From Dimargaris cristalligena (Eukaryota), in the NCBI GenBank assembly GCA_003614675.1, contig ML002378.1:1-35523 (forward strand): DNA of 35,523 nt, written 5' to 3'. The notes under the pieces are model-generated. The model did not search any database. It was not told the origin of the DNA and worked only from the letters and a program-made list of their open reading frames with translations. Numbering within the stretch: position 1 is the first letter of the stretch; the number at the start of each line of letters is the position of its first letter. The position numbers were made by a program, and so were the translations under genes. Shown here piece by piece: positions 22,836-34,984 of the stretch.

Positions 22836-23567
22836 TAAGAACCGACAACAAGAAATGTGGGACATCTGTAATATATTATATTGCAGTTTCGTAAAGGCAT
22901 TGGCCAGATAGCGGGGGTTGCTTGAAACAATCGTTGACCAGTGTCCCCCACAACCTTTAGGGCACTACTTTTTACTATTATGCGATTGTTTAGTTTTGCA
23001 TCAATGGGACTCGGTCGAAAGGGTTTAATGGTATTCAGCTGACGTGGGCCCGGTCATTATCCCAACCACAAACACCTCTGCAACCAGGCGGATACCTAAT
23101 AAACTCCCAACGAAAGCGGTGGACCAGGCTCCTCATGTCCTATTGACTTACCCGTACGGAAAATACATTTACACTGTGAAATGGGAGGGACCTAAACCAT
23201 CTATCTGATGGGTTGTGTATGGGTGTTGAATGTATTGTAGCTGGCCCCTCGATTAGTGGAGTAGAGCCAGTGGAACAAACCAGCATAACAAGTGGATTTG
23301 CCCCTGTTGGTGGTTATCAAAAACCAACGACTCCCGCCACTCCCTAATTTTTGAAGGCTCCTTTCGCCAATTATTCCCATATCAATTACCCCTATTTACT
23401 GTATCCCAATTTCCGTCCACTTATTAGCACTTATCAATATAGAGAGTTAGTCATTGAATCCGAAAACGCCGGCAATATGTGTGATGTGTCAATCAATTGA
23501 ACTTCCCCCTATAAAATCCACTGAAGGGGTTTATTAACTGGGGTAGCTGTTTGGTCAATGTATATAT

Positions 23568-23703
23568 GGGTGAAGTTCAGTTCGGTTGTATAGGGTTTTA
23601 ACTGTTATGCGTATGGGGAAATCGGTGGGATGTTTATTTTCAACCAGTAGTATTTGCCTCATCAAATGGATTTTTCGTTATACAGCCTGGCTAAACTACT
23701 CCC
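23568..23703 (+). mobile_element. 136-bp MITE-like element, copy A
   Basis: GGG...CCC ends, about 26-bp imperfect terminal inverted repeats, flanked by ATAT/ATAT; about 89% identical to copy C with a 62-bp identical core. Confidence 0.8.
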
Positions 23704-24570
23704 ATATCATCATTCCGGCCCAGCTTATGTGTTGGTATCCCTCACACTCACACGATATTCCACCAGTAAAAACTGGCCTCAGCTGAGAGTTAATGGCATT
23801 TCCTTTGAGGAATTTACTATTATGTTATCCCTTATTCCGATTTCCATTGCTTTAGCTGCTTTGGTTCCCCGTTTCCTATTTCCATTACATGATTGCAATT
23901 CCCGTGACTCACGGTGTTCCGGTGCTGCCGAGTCGGCTTGCCCAAAGCACCATCTGGCTTTGGTATCGTATATATATAAGCGGCAAAGGCAGCTCCTGCA
24001 GATATTATCGACTGATTTTTTCGTTCTCCTCCTCTTCATTTACATTATCGTTTACATTGTTATACTTGATTAATTACAAATGTAATGGACACTCCCCTCT
24101 TAAAGTTACCCCTGTCGTATTTCATTTTTCTTCTAAGACCACTTAGTTTGACGCCCTCCTTTTTGTCTGTATACCCGACTTGGGCAGCCATGCGAGCCTG
24201 GCTATTAGAGCTTCGGTATGAGCCTTTCGTAACTATATTGATAAGGATATAATTGTGATTGAGGGATATTAGGTAAGTGTTTGTATGCGTTTATTTCCGA
24301 GTGATATTAAATATACGGAGGTAAATGTGGACATATCGATGTGGTACACGTGTATATAGAGAATATAAAATATAGATCTTGTATGGACAGAGAAAAAACA
24401 TCCGCAGGGGCCTCACAATACCAATGAGTGGGCCAAGTAATGGCAATGTAACAGCAAGCACTAAAGGGTATTAAAGCAATTCCACTATGGGAGAATGGGG
24501 GAAAATCGGGTATTAAAAGAGAAGGGAGGGGGGGAGTTAACGGAGGCTCTCAGAACTACTATGGCTATAA

Positions 24571-26740
24571 TTAATTCTTGGCGAGTTCCTGGTACATGGT
24601 GTCAATTTGGGCGGCGTAATGAGTAGCCGCTACATTACGCTTGAGCTTGAAGGTGGGGGACAGCAGGCCGTTTTCGGGGGAGAAGGCATCGGCTTCCAGG
24701 TAGACATTCTTGATGCATTCGAAACCCTTGGCATCGTGCTTTTTGGCGAAGGCGTTGAGCTCGCGGACGACCATCTGGCGGACATCGGCGTCGGTGTATA
24801 TGGCATCCTTACTCCGGTCATCGCTGGCATCGAGACGGTGCTCCTTCATCAGATCAAGCAAAAAATCGTGGTCGGGGACTAAGACACCCACGGTACACGA
24901 TTCCAGGGAGTGGCCGTGGACGAATACCTGGGTGACCAGAGGGTGGGTTTGGTAGATATTCTCGACTCGTTCAGGGGCCACGTATTCACCCTGGGCCAAC
25001 TTGAAGATATTCTTGACGCGGTCAATGATAATCAGCCGGCCCTGGGCATCCCACCGACCCACATCACCGGTACGCACCCACCCATCACTGGTGATGGCTT
25101 CGTCCGTCTTTTTTTGGTCCTTATAATACTGTTTGAACACGCTGTGGCCCCGGGCACAGATCTCACCCCGGGGGAATGGTTTGTCCTTGGAGGTATAGTT
25201 CATTTCGGGCACATCGATGAGCTTGACCTCAGCACAGGGGTAGGGGTAGCCGACGTGTCCTGAACTAGTTTCGCCGTGGGCAGTGAGCGTCAGGCAGCCG
25301 GTGGTTTCGGTCTGACCGTAGCCTTCGTGCACATTGGCGTTAAAAGCCATGCGCAAAAAGTCCATCACTTCGGACGAAAGCGGGGCCGAGCCGGACACGA
25401 TGATCTTCACGTTACCGCCCAGGCTCTGTTGGAGCTTCTTGAAGACCAGTCGGTCCCATAGCCAGTGGTCGGTGGAACCATGGGCAAGGCCGCTCTGCTT
25501 GGACCGGACAGCTTGGCGGAACAAATAGGCGCTCAGGCCACCCTTGGCATTCACGGTAGACCATACTTTGTCGTAGACACGGTTAAACAGTCGAGGCACA
25601 CTAGAGAAAATGGTGGGCTTCAGCTCGGCCAGATCTTCCATCAGCTTAAGGGTGTTGCCCTGGTAGTACCCCACGCGGGCGCCGTAGGCAATCATAAATT
25701 GGAAGACGATGCGCTCAAAGATATGGGCCAGGGGGAGGTAGGAGAGATGGCAATCGTTCTTGGACAGGCGGTAAAAGTTTTTGGAGTCCACCAAGTAGTG
25801 GAAAGCGTTGGCCTCGGATAGGATATTGAGGTGGGTCAGGACGACACCCTTGGGTAAACCGGTGGTGCCGCTGGTGTAACAAATGGTGGCAACACTGTCC
25901 AAGGTGCTGGGCTCAGTGGGCTCAGCGGGGTGTTCGGCCCCGAGTTTCTCGACTTCGCTGCACAGATACAGTTTCACTAAAAGGATCGCGTATCAATATG
26001 ACACATCAAAGAAGAGAGGGGGGTGGGTCGTTAATAAAAGTAAACCGGGGTTCCTCAGAACTGGATATTTCTATATAGTGTCGGATAAGCTAACTATAAA
26101 GGGGGCCGTCGGGGAGTATAGCGCCCCGCATATCCATCAACATCAAGAATCGAAGTTACCACTTACCGTTCTTCTCTTCGGCCAGCGTGATCAAGGCATC
26201 GTCAATTGAGTCCATAACCAGGAGGTGGGTGATTTTGGGGACTTGGTCGCGCATATTAAGCAGGCCCAGGGCCTTATCCTTAGTCAGACAGACAATTTGA
26301 ACGTTGGTCTGGTCAACAATGAATTCAACAGCCTCTTCCCCCAGGGTATCGTAGAGGGGAACGGTAACAAAGTTGTGCATATAGGCGGCCTGTTCGCCAA
26401 TGGTCCACTCAATCCGGTTGACAGAATAGAGGCCCAGGGAGTCCTGGGGCTTCAGACCCAGGTGGATAAGGCCCGCGCCAAAGTTCTTCACCCGGGTGTA
26501 CACCTGGTTGTAACTGAGCCACTCGTAGGCGCCGGCCTGGCCGTTGGTCATTTTCCGAATGCCCAGAAAAGGGTCATCGCCGCCTAGTTTAACACCGCGG
26601 ACAAAGTTGTCGTAGAGGGAGTTGATACCCTCAGGGGCACCGATAAGGGGTTTGTTGCCCAGCTTGGCGTAGCGACGGGGTTTGCCCTCACCAGGGATTT
26701 CGGGGGAGCCCTTGACTTCGATGGAATGCATTTCAGACAT
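24571..26740 (-). CDS. Long-chain fatty acyl-CoA synthetase, ACSL/Faa2-like (659 aa); exons 26740-26167 and 25976-24571
   Basis: AMP-binding motif YTSGTTGLPKG, YLPLAHIFER, GYGQTE, FACS signature DGWVRTGDVG...IIDRVKNIFKLAQGEYVAPE, LSPTFKLKR. A GTAAGT...TTAG intron joins the two ORFs in frame. Confidence 0.95.
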
Positions 26741-27919
26741 GGTTACCTCGACAAAGACAGTGGTATGGGGGAGGCGGGGTGGCAGGGAATGGGGGGTCGG
26801 AAACTAGGGTGAGCAGTTCTGGAGGGGGGGTAGTGCGGTGGTAGAAAGGTAAGGTGTGTTTGGTGAGTAATAGTTATGCCGTTATAAAGGAAAGGAGGGG
26901 TAGCGGTCAATGAGCGAGGGGTGGGCCGGCCGCCTGACCAGCGGTGGTAAACAGGGGACAAGGCAGAAGGAAACCTAAGAATAAAGTCCATGTAGGTAAG
27001 TAAGCCGCCGCTGGTGGGAAGAGGGGCTGCTGTTTTACAAGAGGTGCTACTTACCGAACTTCAGCAATGGGGCGCAGTGGAGTATTATGAGAAAACCCAA
27101 AGAGGGGGCGAATAGCAGCACGGAACGGTAATAATAATTGGGGATGGAATGTAGTAAAAAGTAGAGTTGATAAAGCAAAGAGGAGCCAAGGCCAAGCGAC
27201 TACGGTAGGGCGAATTATATATAGTACAAGAGAGGCCTTTTGAATAGGAAAGTAGTATAGGTAAGATTATATGCGGCACAACAACCCTTGGCCATATGCA
27301 TTCGCCTCCCACCTCCCACGCTTGGGCTTGCCCCAAAGGGGAGTGAATCAAATAAATAGTGCTCATCTTGACTATTACATATAGAAATGCACCCCACCAC
27401 TATAGAAACGCAGCTTCCTTAATAAAAACCATCCCCCTTGAGTTGTGGGGTGAAGTGCCCGTTGGCCAATTAATCCCAAAGGACGCTCTACTGGGTCATT
27501 TCATCAGTGCCCGTCGCTGTGGTTCTGTCGTTGTACATGGCGGCACTGTGCACATCCCCCAGGGAAGCCAGGCCCAACCACCTAAATTATGGGGTGACCT
27601 CCCTCCCTGAATATCAGCTGTTCGTCACTCCGTCGAACACCGTAGTGTCGAGTGTTTGGCTATAGTCCCCCCTCCCATTTGTATGTGGTATTTTTACGTG
27701 ACCTTGGTCAAGTCAGAGTGGTTCGGTTGACTGTATCGGGTGACCTTTTCCTTAAAGCTCTCTCCTGTGCGTATTCGCCAATCAATCACATATAAAGAGA
27801 CCCCCCCCTGCTGCCCTGTTTTTTCTGTTATTTCTCCTGCCGGATTACTCTGGCCTCGTCACGTAAACAACCACCATACACAGTCCCTTTCATCCCGATA
27901 CTCGCCCACCCTTTCATAT

Positions 27920-28055
27920 GGGTGCAATTCGGCCCAGCTGTATAAGGTTTTAAATGATAACTGTACGGGATAATGTATGGGAGATTTATTTTTAACCAGT
28001 CATATTTGCTTCATCCAACGGATTTTTCGTTATACAGCTCGGTTGAACCTCTCCC
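27920..28055 (+). mobile_element. 136-bp MITE-like element, copy B
   Basis: Ungapped alignment to copies A and C; GGG...CCC ends; flanks ATAT/AAAT. Confidence 0.75.
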
Positions 28056-29437
28056 AAATGTGTATACACGTCACTCCAGCAACCTGTTTGCTATGCCTAA
28101 ATGACTAACCCGCCAAATAGAGGGCCCAGCCAATGCAGCACTACCTATGCTTCCAATTTATGTTTTCCGCTCCCATGGTGATAATAGGCCAGCAGTAGCC
28201 CTGAGGCTAACCAACACACGCGGCCTGTGCTGAATCAGCGAATGATTTACCCAATAAATCGCACTCGCCATGGTGGCCTTCAATGGCCCAACAACCAATA
28301 AGCAAGCCGTCTGTGACTAGTATTCTCCTCTTTGAAACATTATAAAATAGGTCTAATTACGCATTGGCTAATGTGGGAGTTGGATATATCCTGTGGTTAA
28401 TAGTGGCTCCTATTAGCCATCGCTCATTGGTCCAATAGAGTCTGAGGGTAGTAAAGGTGCTTTGTATAGTGTATACCACCCCTTTAGGCGTGTGATGTGC
28501 GCCCCATTGGAATTATCATCTATATCTGTCTCTGACTTGTTCACTCTGTATTACATTACATTTAATAAGCCGGATACTATGTTTCCAGGCATTTCACATC
28601 TAGACCAAACCCAAAACATGTGGGTATATATTATGGGCGACATGCGACAGAGTCATTCAGGAATTTGATTGAATTTCAAATGTAAAAATGCAATTTTAAC
28701 CAATAATAATTTAGCCCATCACACACACCATTCGTTATCGAGTTGGATTAAATCTCCCCAATTTTATTTATAGTTTATCTTTTCTGACATCCTTATCGAG
28801 CTGGCTTATACCAATCAAATAATCTCGCCTGTCTAATTAATTCAATGCTGAAAAACAATGAAATCACCTCCCCCTCCCCAGGTTGGCTTTTTTATGAGGG
28901 TATTCGTAAAAATAATTTATCTTCTCTGGATCAGCTAGCTGGCGCCCATCCCACCCTTAAAACATGCCGACAATCCTGGTCACGCGTATTCAACTGAATA
29001 TTCCATAGAAATGCACACCCATTCGTCACACTCGGTGGGGGGAACAAGACCCCGGCTCAGTTAAATGGGATTGACACCCAGGCCCAATATATGCCGGATA
29101 TAGTCCGCCTCAATTTGGCGGTGGTGTGGGAAACAAGAATAAATCAACACATTCCCGAAATAAACAACCCACAGCCCCTCTAACTAAAGGAACACTAAAC
29201 CACCAAATGTGGACTTCCTGTGTCGAATAACAGGGGCTTATTGTGCCTTATTTTCGAACAAGCGATCCCCTGTACCACCTATTCGTTTGAGGATCTACAC
29301 ACCCAATATACTATTTATCCACTCCCTTCAAAATGAAAGCAGGGTTCTATGGTGGAAACTACATTTATTTGAGGATGCTGGTAAATACTGGAGGTCCGCT
29401 TAACTGTTTCTCTATGACTGTATCTCTAGTTTGATGT

Positions 29438-29573
29438 GGGTGAAGTTCAACTTGGCTGTATAAGGGTTTAACTGATATGTGTATGGGAAAATCCGCGGGA
29501 TGTTTATTTTCAACCAGTAGTATTTGCCTCATCAAATGGATTTTTCGTTATACAGCCTTGTTGAACTACTCCC
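29438..29573 (+). mobile_element. 136-bp MITE-like element, copy C
   Basis: Best TIRs (agttcaacttggctgtataa / ttatacagccttgttgaact); flanked by the non-palindromic direct repeat ATGT/ATGT, consistent with a 4-bp TSD. Confidence 0.8.
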
Positions 29574-30377
29574 ATGTTCAGCATCTTTCCCAGAATATAT
29601 AAATTAGTCGAATAAAAGAGTCGCCCTACAGCAAACATGTGAACCTATTATTGGTTACTAGTGATTCAGTAGTAAGTAGTGAATGGTCAGTTTGTAGCCC
29701 CGCAGAGCACGCGGGATACGCTCGTTCAGGTCATTATGGAGTAGGTCTCATAATTCACTAATTCACTAATCCACCAATTTACATTTCATTCGAAATTTAC
29801 TACAACTCAGTTGTGAGGATTTCCCTTTTGATTTAGAATCCACAATCACATGTATTTATAGTGTATTCAGTAGGGTCCGCGAATCATGCGGTAAACAGGA
29901 TATAACTAACCAATGGCCACAAATGACAGGCGGCCCTATAAGAAATAAAGCGGCGATCCCAATTTCCTTGCCTTTCTAATTTCAATTGTACCTGGCGCCA
30001 ACTTAGGCCCCCAACTCACAAATAAATCTTGGTTTTGACCCACGAAGCCCTGGGATAATATTCCTTTTTATATTCCACTATATCTAGTAAACCATCGAAC
30101 CAATAAATCTGGTTCAAAAGGTCCACGGGTATTGGCCTAATTCAAAAAAAAAATGCTCAAAATTCTTTTTCCGACTAGTAAAAGGGTTATTTCTTTTGGT
30201 TCGGTGACTTAGAAAACCATGCAGTAGCGTGTGATAAAATTAATGACAGATTATCGGAGTAATACCGTAAAAATATCCATAAAATGTATTATAAAAAAAA
30301 TAACATTATATTTTAAGAATTTCAGTCCTACTGGGAGTTTACAGAAGGAAAACCGACCGGGGTACTTAATTGAATCG

Positions 30378-30665
30378 TTATAGGAAGCGACCTTCAGCTT
30401 TGGCGAAGCGTTGAATCCAGCTGGTCAATGATGTGTCGAGTCCGTCTCTCTTCATAGTTGGGGGGTTGATTTCCTTAATATTAACTTGGTAGATGTGGTC
30501 ACATACAACTTTGGCTACTGATTCGACACCGAACTGTTCAATCAGCTGCTGAATGGCCTGGGGAAGGACACCGTTGGGTAGATGGTCCATATTATCGACC
30601 TGGCTCGTCATGGGGGAGGCAGTGGTGGTGACGGCGAGAACAAGAAGCAGAGGGAATACCTTCAT
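30378..30665 (-). CDS. Small secreted orphan protein (95 aa) with a KR dibasic site
   Basis: ATG start in a good context (gccaccATG); clear signal peptide MKVFPLLLVLAVTTTA|SP; AT/TATA-like tract near 30860. Confidence 0.75.
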   Translation of the reverse strand: MKVFPLLLVLAVTTTASPMTSQVDNMDHLPNGVLPQAIQQLIEQFGVESVAKVVCDHIYQVNIKEINPPTMKRDGLDTSLTSWIQRFAKAEGRFL

Positions 30666-31657
30666 GGTGGCCGTTAAATTGAGAATTAAGTGATAGTGGA
30701 GATGATATGTTAAGAGAGGTGGTTAATATGAGGTGAATATATCCGATCAGGCGAACAATACTATTCGTTCGAAAAGGGCTTTAAGGGCTACAAAAAGTAC
30801 TAGTGAGAAGTGCGTTGGTCTGAAAAGTATAGTTTAGCTAAGTGAGAGCGGATCACTGTTTATATATACTTATGTGCCTGCTCATACGTCTAGTCAGTAT
30901 TGAGTAGTTCTCCTACATCGATATTGCTCTAACCAGTCAAAACCATAGTGCCTATTCCCGCCACCCCCATAAAATAGCTCGCAGTGGGTACGGTGACACA
31001 GGCTAGACTATAGGAATCGCCAAGTGAAGTGTAGGCGACTGAAGCTGGATGTACGAAGTATGGTATAGAGAAGGGCGTTAGCATCTCCTATTGAAACGAA
31101 AGGTGGCTCCAAAATATTAAAAAGTGGCAGGTCTTTTGTCCATAAATGGGCTACATCCGATGGTACACGGGACTTCCAAGACCGTCTGTCATGGCTATTT
31201 CAAACAAATCATACCCTCTTCTTTTCCACAGATGCTACTAAATATATACCATTCGAGCATCACTTGGAAACATCCAGTAACTTCGCGGGAGGAGAAGAGA
31301 GAGAGAGGGGGTGTGTGTGTGAGAGGGACGGGGGCTTTTTATCCGGCTATGGATATCTGACTATAACCACTGAGGTTTTTCAGGCAGTGTTCCGAAAGGT
31401 GGAACCAATTGCCCTTTGGCTAATGTGTTAGTCGCATGCGTACCACGCAGTGTGCAACCTGGTCCACATGCTAACTTATGTTTCCGTTGCTATTGTATCC
31501 CATAGCGAGAAGTGGGCCTCTAGGGTTTGAATAAAGCAGCCATCTCTGCTATGCACGAATAACTACCCTCATTTTCAGCCCTAGATGCCATTGTCGCATG
31601 GTGTTACGGTACTTCAGTGGGACAATTTGTCGACTATATGAAAATGTGACATCCGCC

Positions 31658-31678
31658 TATATATATATATATATATAT
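31658..31678. repeat. (TA)n microsatellite
   Basis: Direct reading. Confidence 0.95.
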
Positions 31679-33896
31679 GTTTTGATGTGCGCATATATAA
31701 CACTAAACTAGCCCTTTGAATCGGGGACTCTTTTTTTTTTCAACTCACTTTTTTACAAATACCGGCCCATTCCAGCAATTTCGGTCATGTTAACTACTCC
31801 ACCAATCCTAAAAGTAATCTCCGGCCGGGCCAGCCATTTCCAAGGCAGTGGCTGTTTGGCCGAATGGGAAATGGTCAATAACTCTACCCCCTCCTCCCCT
31901 AGTTCCATGATTGCATAAATCTTACATTATGGTAGCACTTGTGGTAGAAAAAGACCTTGTGCAAGGGAATCAATTTCCTCGGATATGCTTCATCGTCTTT
32001 GCCGCTGATAAATGTGTCGTCTAATTCTACTTGCGTAGTTCAAGCCAATATCAAGGCAATTGCCCCAAAACCCCACCCGTATTACCAATAGCCATTGGCC
32101 AAATTAGGATCCTAGGTAGGGTAGGGTAATGTGCGCCAGTATATTGAGAGAGGGCATGGTCTACTTTCACAAGGGGGATTGCCTCTAATAACCTAAATGG
32201 CTATAGGTAAACTCGACCAATAGCGGTAGTCTACGGTAACAGGCTAATACTTATAAAGGGCCTGAGTGATATACACCACACTGCATGTCTATAGTATATT
32301 AAACTTAATCATAGAATGGACTATGGATGTATAGGCGGCCTTTCCATATCATAATTGCCCGTAGGAAATGCCACCAGTTGAGCACGTCTGTCCGCTTTAG
32401 ATTGGTTGGCAGGTCAGACTATAATTTGATATACATTTGCTCACAGGGATCATCACCTTTCAAATATAGGCCCGATTTTCCAAATCTTACATTAACCGTA
32501 TACCTTACCCTTGAAACAACTCGCCACATCCAAGTTTACTTTAGAATGCCAGTATTTTCCTCGATGCAGGCCATGGTGAAAAAATCCCCGTAGATCTGAC
32601 AAGCCCAGCCATATTAAATGCAGACCTGTAAGAAAGATGCTCAAAGGTCTGCAAGGAGTCGCCCGTCTTGGCGGTTGGGTGCAATGAAGCTGGACAGGCC
32701 AAAACCAGTTTAATGTTACACAGTGGTGTAGACCAGAAGTGGGGATTGCACCCAAGACAATTTGGTAATAGGAGTATCTTTAGCTGGTATCTAATTAATT
32801 TCTACCCAAGTTCTGTAGGGCCACCGGCAAATTACCCCAATCTCTGCACTTGGCTACGTGAAACTGCCCCCAACAGAACGTAAAATGTCAGCGCCTTATT
32901 ATCCAAATAATATCATTTATTAATGGAAGACTTCTAGGGAGGAGTCGGTCCAGTTCACTAGAGTGCAATAATCCGGTATCCTTCGTTTGATTTACTATTT
33001 CATTTAATAACCGAGAGCCCATATCACTAACCTCGTGAATACAACCCTTAGTCGCTGGAAGTACATCTTACCTCCCCTACCCCTACCCCTGCCCCTCCCC
33101 CCTAATATCGAAAATAACCAAACTCCCGATTACATGAAAGGGAGGATCACTCACCCACCTATCTTACCCAAATAACTGCACCAAAAGTATCAGTTACAGA
33201 GTAACAAATCACTCTCCTTTCGCAGGCATATCCTCCAATTAGGCTGTATCAAGAACCAGAAAGATGGACACTGTATTAATTCATAAACAATAGGACCATT
33301 CCGTGGGGATGTAACTTGATGTTTTTCATAGACGTTTCCACCCCAAGGGCCTTTTCACCTTGCCAAATCTTCCCCCTAATAAAACCCTCAACCGACCGCA
33401 GAATTACTGCCAATGGGTATTGAAGAGTGGCAGTGACGAGCAAAGAGCCATTTTTGGTTTGATAGCCCTAGATGCGACATGTAGTTTGGATTTACCCGGG
33501 GCAGGCAATCTACGTCGCTCTCCTCCTCAACAGCTCTAAATGGCTCGATTGATTAACAAGGCAAATCCAGATCCATTGGTCGACCATCTGAAAGTCCGCA
33601 AGATGACTGAGTACCTGCTTCGACGGGAGTCTTTACACACACCGATGTATTCCATCAATGTTAAAGAGTTCCAGAGCTTAGTATAAATAGACAGATAGTC
33701 GACCAAGTTAACTCCACCCCAGCAGTTAACCAATACCTCCTCATCTTCCTCTTTTAATGGCATCGCCCATCTACCTACCGTAACCATTTAATTAATCACT
33801 GGTCTCATTTACCAACTATAGTGCAACTGTTGTTGTTTAATTATTCTAATCATAAGCAGTGTATTTGACATTGCTCGTCCGTTTCACTCGATTAAC

Positions 33897-34223
33897 ATGT
33901 ACGCAGCCTATTTCCTCCTTGTGGCCCTGGTTGGTCTTCTAGTCTCTAATAATGCCGTGCACGCTCACCACCGATTGGCCCCCACCCACCGTGCCATCAT
34001 TCAGCGTGGATTAGAATCATGGTCCTCCCAATCTTCTGTGTATCCCCGTAAGAGTAACTGCATCGACTTAAGTACAGTTGGTCAGGTAGCGGCCCCCTTC
34101 ACCCAATCTCAGCCGACCAGCAATGCTAATCAGAAACGAAGCTTTCGGTCCTTCATTGATGATACCGGGAACGCGCTGAAGCCAACTGAAATAGTCCGGG
34201 TCTGTGCAATTGCCATGTACTAG
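33897..34223 (+). CDS. Small secreted orphan protein (108 aa) with a KR dibasic site
   Basis: ATG start; signal peptide MYAAYFLLVALVGLLVSNNAVHA; NQKR at residues 78-81; two Cys. Confidence 0.65.
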   Translation: MYAAYFLLVALVGLLVSNNAVHAHHRLAPTHRAIIQRGLESWSSQSSVYPRKSNCIDLSTVGQVAAPFTQSQPTSNANQKRSFRSFIDDTGNALKPTEIVRVCAIAMY

Positions 34224-34319
34224 TTGAAAGGACGACTACATTTTGTTGGGTTTGATTTTGCATTCGGCTCATTGACCCCTTTATAGCGCCGCCGACATTT
34301 TGAATAAAACTCCCTATAT

Positions 34320-34455
34320 GTGTGGAATCCGGCCTAACTGTATAAAGCTTTAAATGATATATGTATGGGAAAATAGGCAAGTGAGTAATTGTTAACTAGT
34401 AGTATTTATATCATACAACGGGCTTTTAGATATATGGCCTGATTGAACTTCTTCC
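34320..34455 (+). mobile_element. 136-bp MITE-like element, copy D (diverged)
   Basis: Ungapped alignment to copies A-C (ctgtataa...gtatgggaaaat...aactagtagtattt...ttgaact); flanks ATAT/ATAG. Confidence 0.7.
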
Positions 34456-34984
34456 ATAGTATACCCGCTAGGCCGGAGGGGAGGGCTGTGGATTAACCGG
34501 ATTTCCAAGTGAGGAAGATATGACAGTAATTAAATTCCGAGGTGGACGGGATAAGATTCTAAAGGGTGGATTTCTAAAAAATGTATGCATTAAATATTAA
34601 ACAGATACATAGAGGATTGAATTTGCACCATGTCTATACATTGTATACGCACTGGATGTTTGCTATTTGGTTAGGCTAGGTACTATTCGCGGATTTCCTA
34701 GTGGCAGTAGATGTAAATGAAGGGGCGAGTTGGGTGACTTCATTATCAAAACCAAATACCCCCACTTCCCCCGAATTCTGGGAAGTTTCTTCTTTTAGTA
34801 TTTCTTAGTATTAAATAGTTTAGGCACCCATTCTTTATGGCCCATGGGGTCATATCACAGAATGATACTCTGAATACTATAATCAAGATATATTGTCATT
34901 GATAGATGCTGCCTGTCATGCTTAATAATCTATAGGATTAAAGCCGACTAACTATGAAGGACTAGGCACCATCATCGCCTAGTT

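Noticed and set aside
24571..24585. Peroxisomal PTS1 or readthrough PTS1 on the acyl-CoA synthetase
   Set aside because: Ends in AKN with a TAA stop; not a canonical PTS1 and no TGA-CTA readthrough context.
2652..26587. Numerous short antisense or overlapping ORFs in the track (e.g. 12422..13165, 13505..14062, 25465..25821)
   Set aside because: Shadow frames of GC-rich coding sequence with no independent motifs.
2462..26740. Lipid or secondary-metabolite gene cluster (lipase plus acyl-CoA synthetase)
   Set aside because: The genes are 20 kb apart, separated by unrelated housekeeping genes, with no PKS, NRPS or tailoring enzymes.
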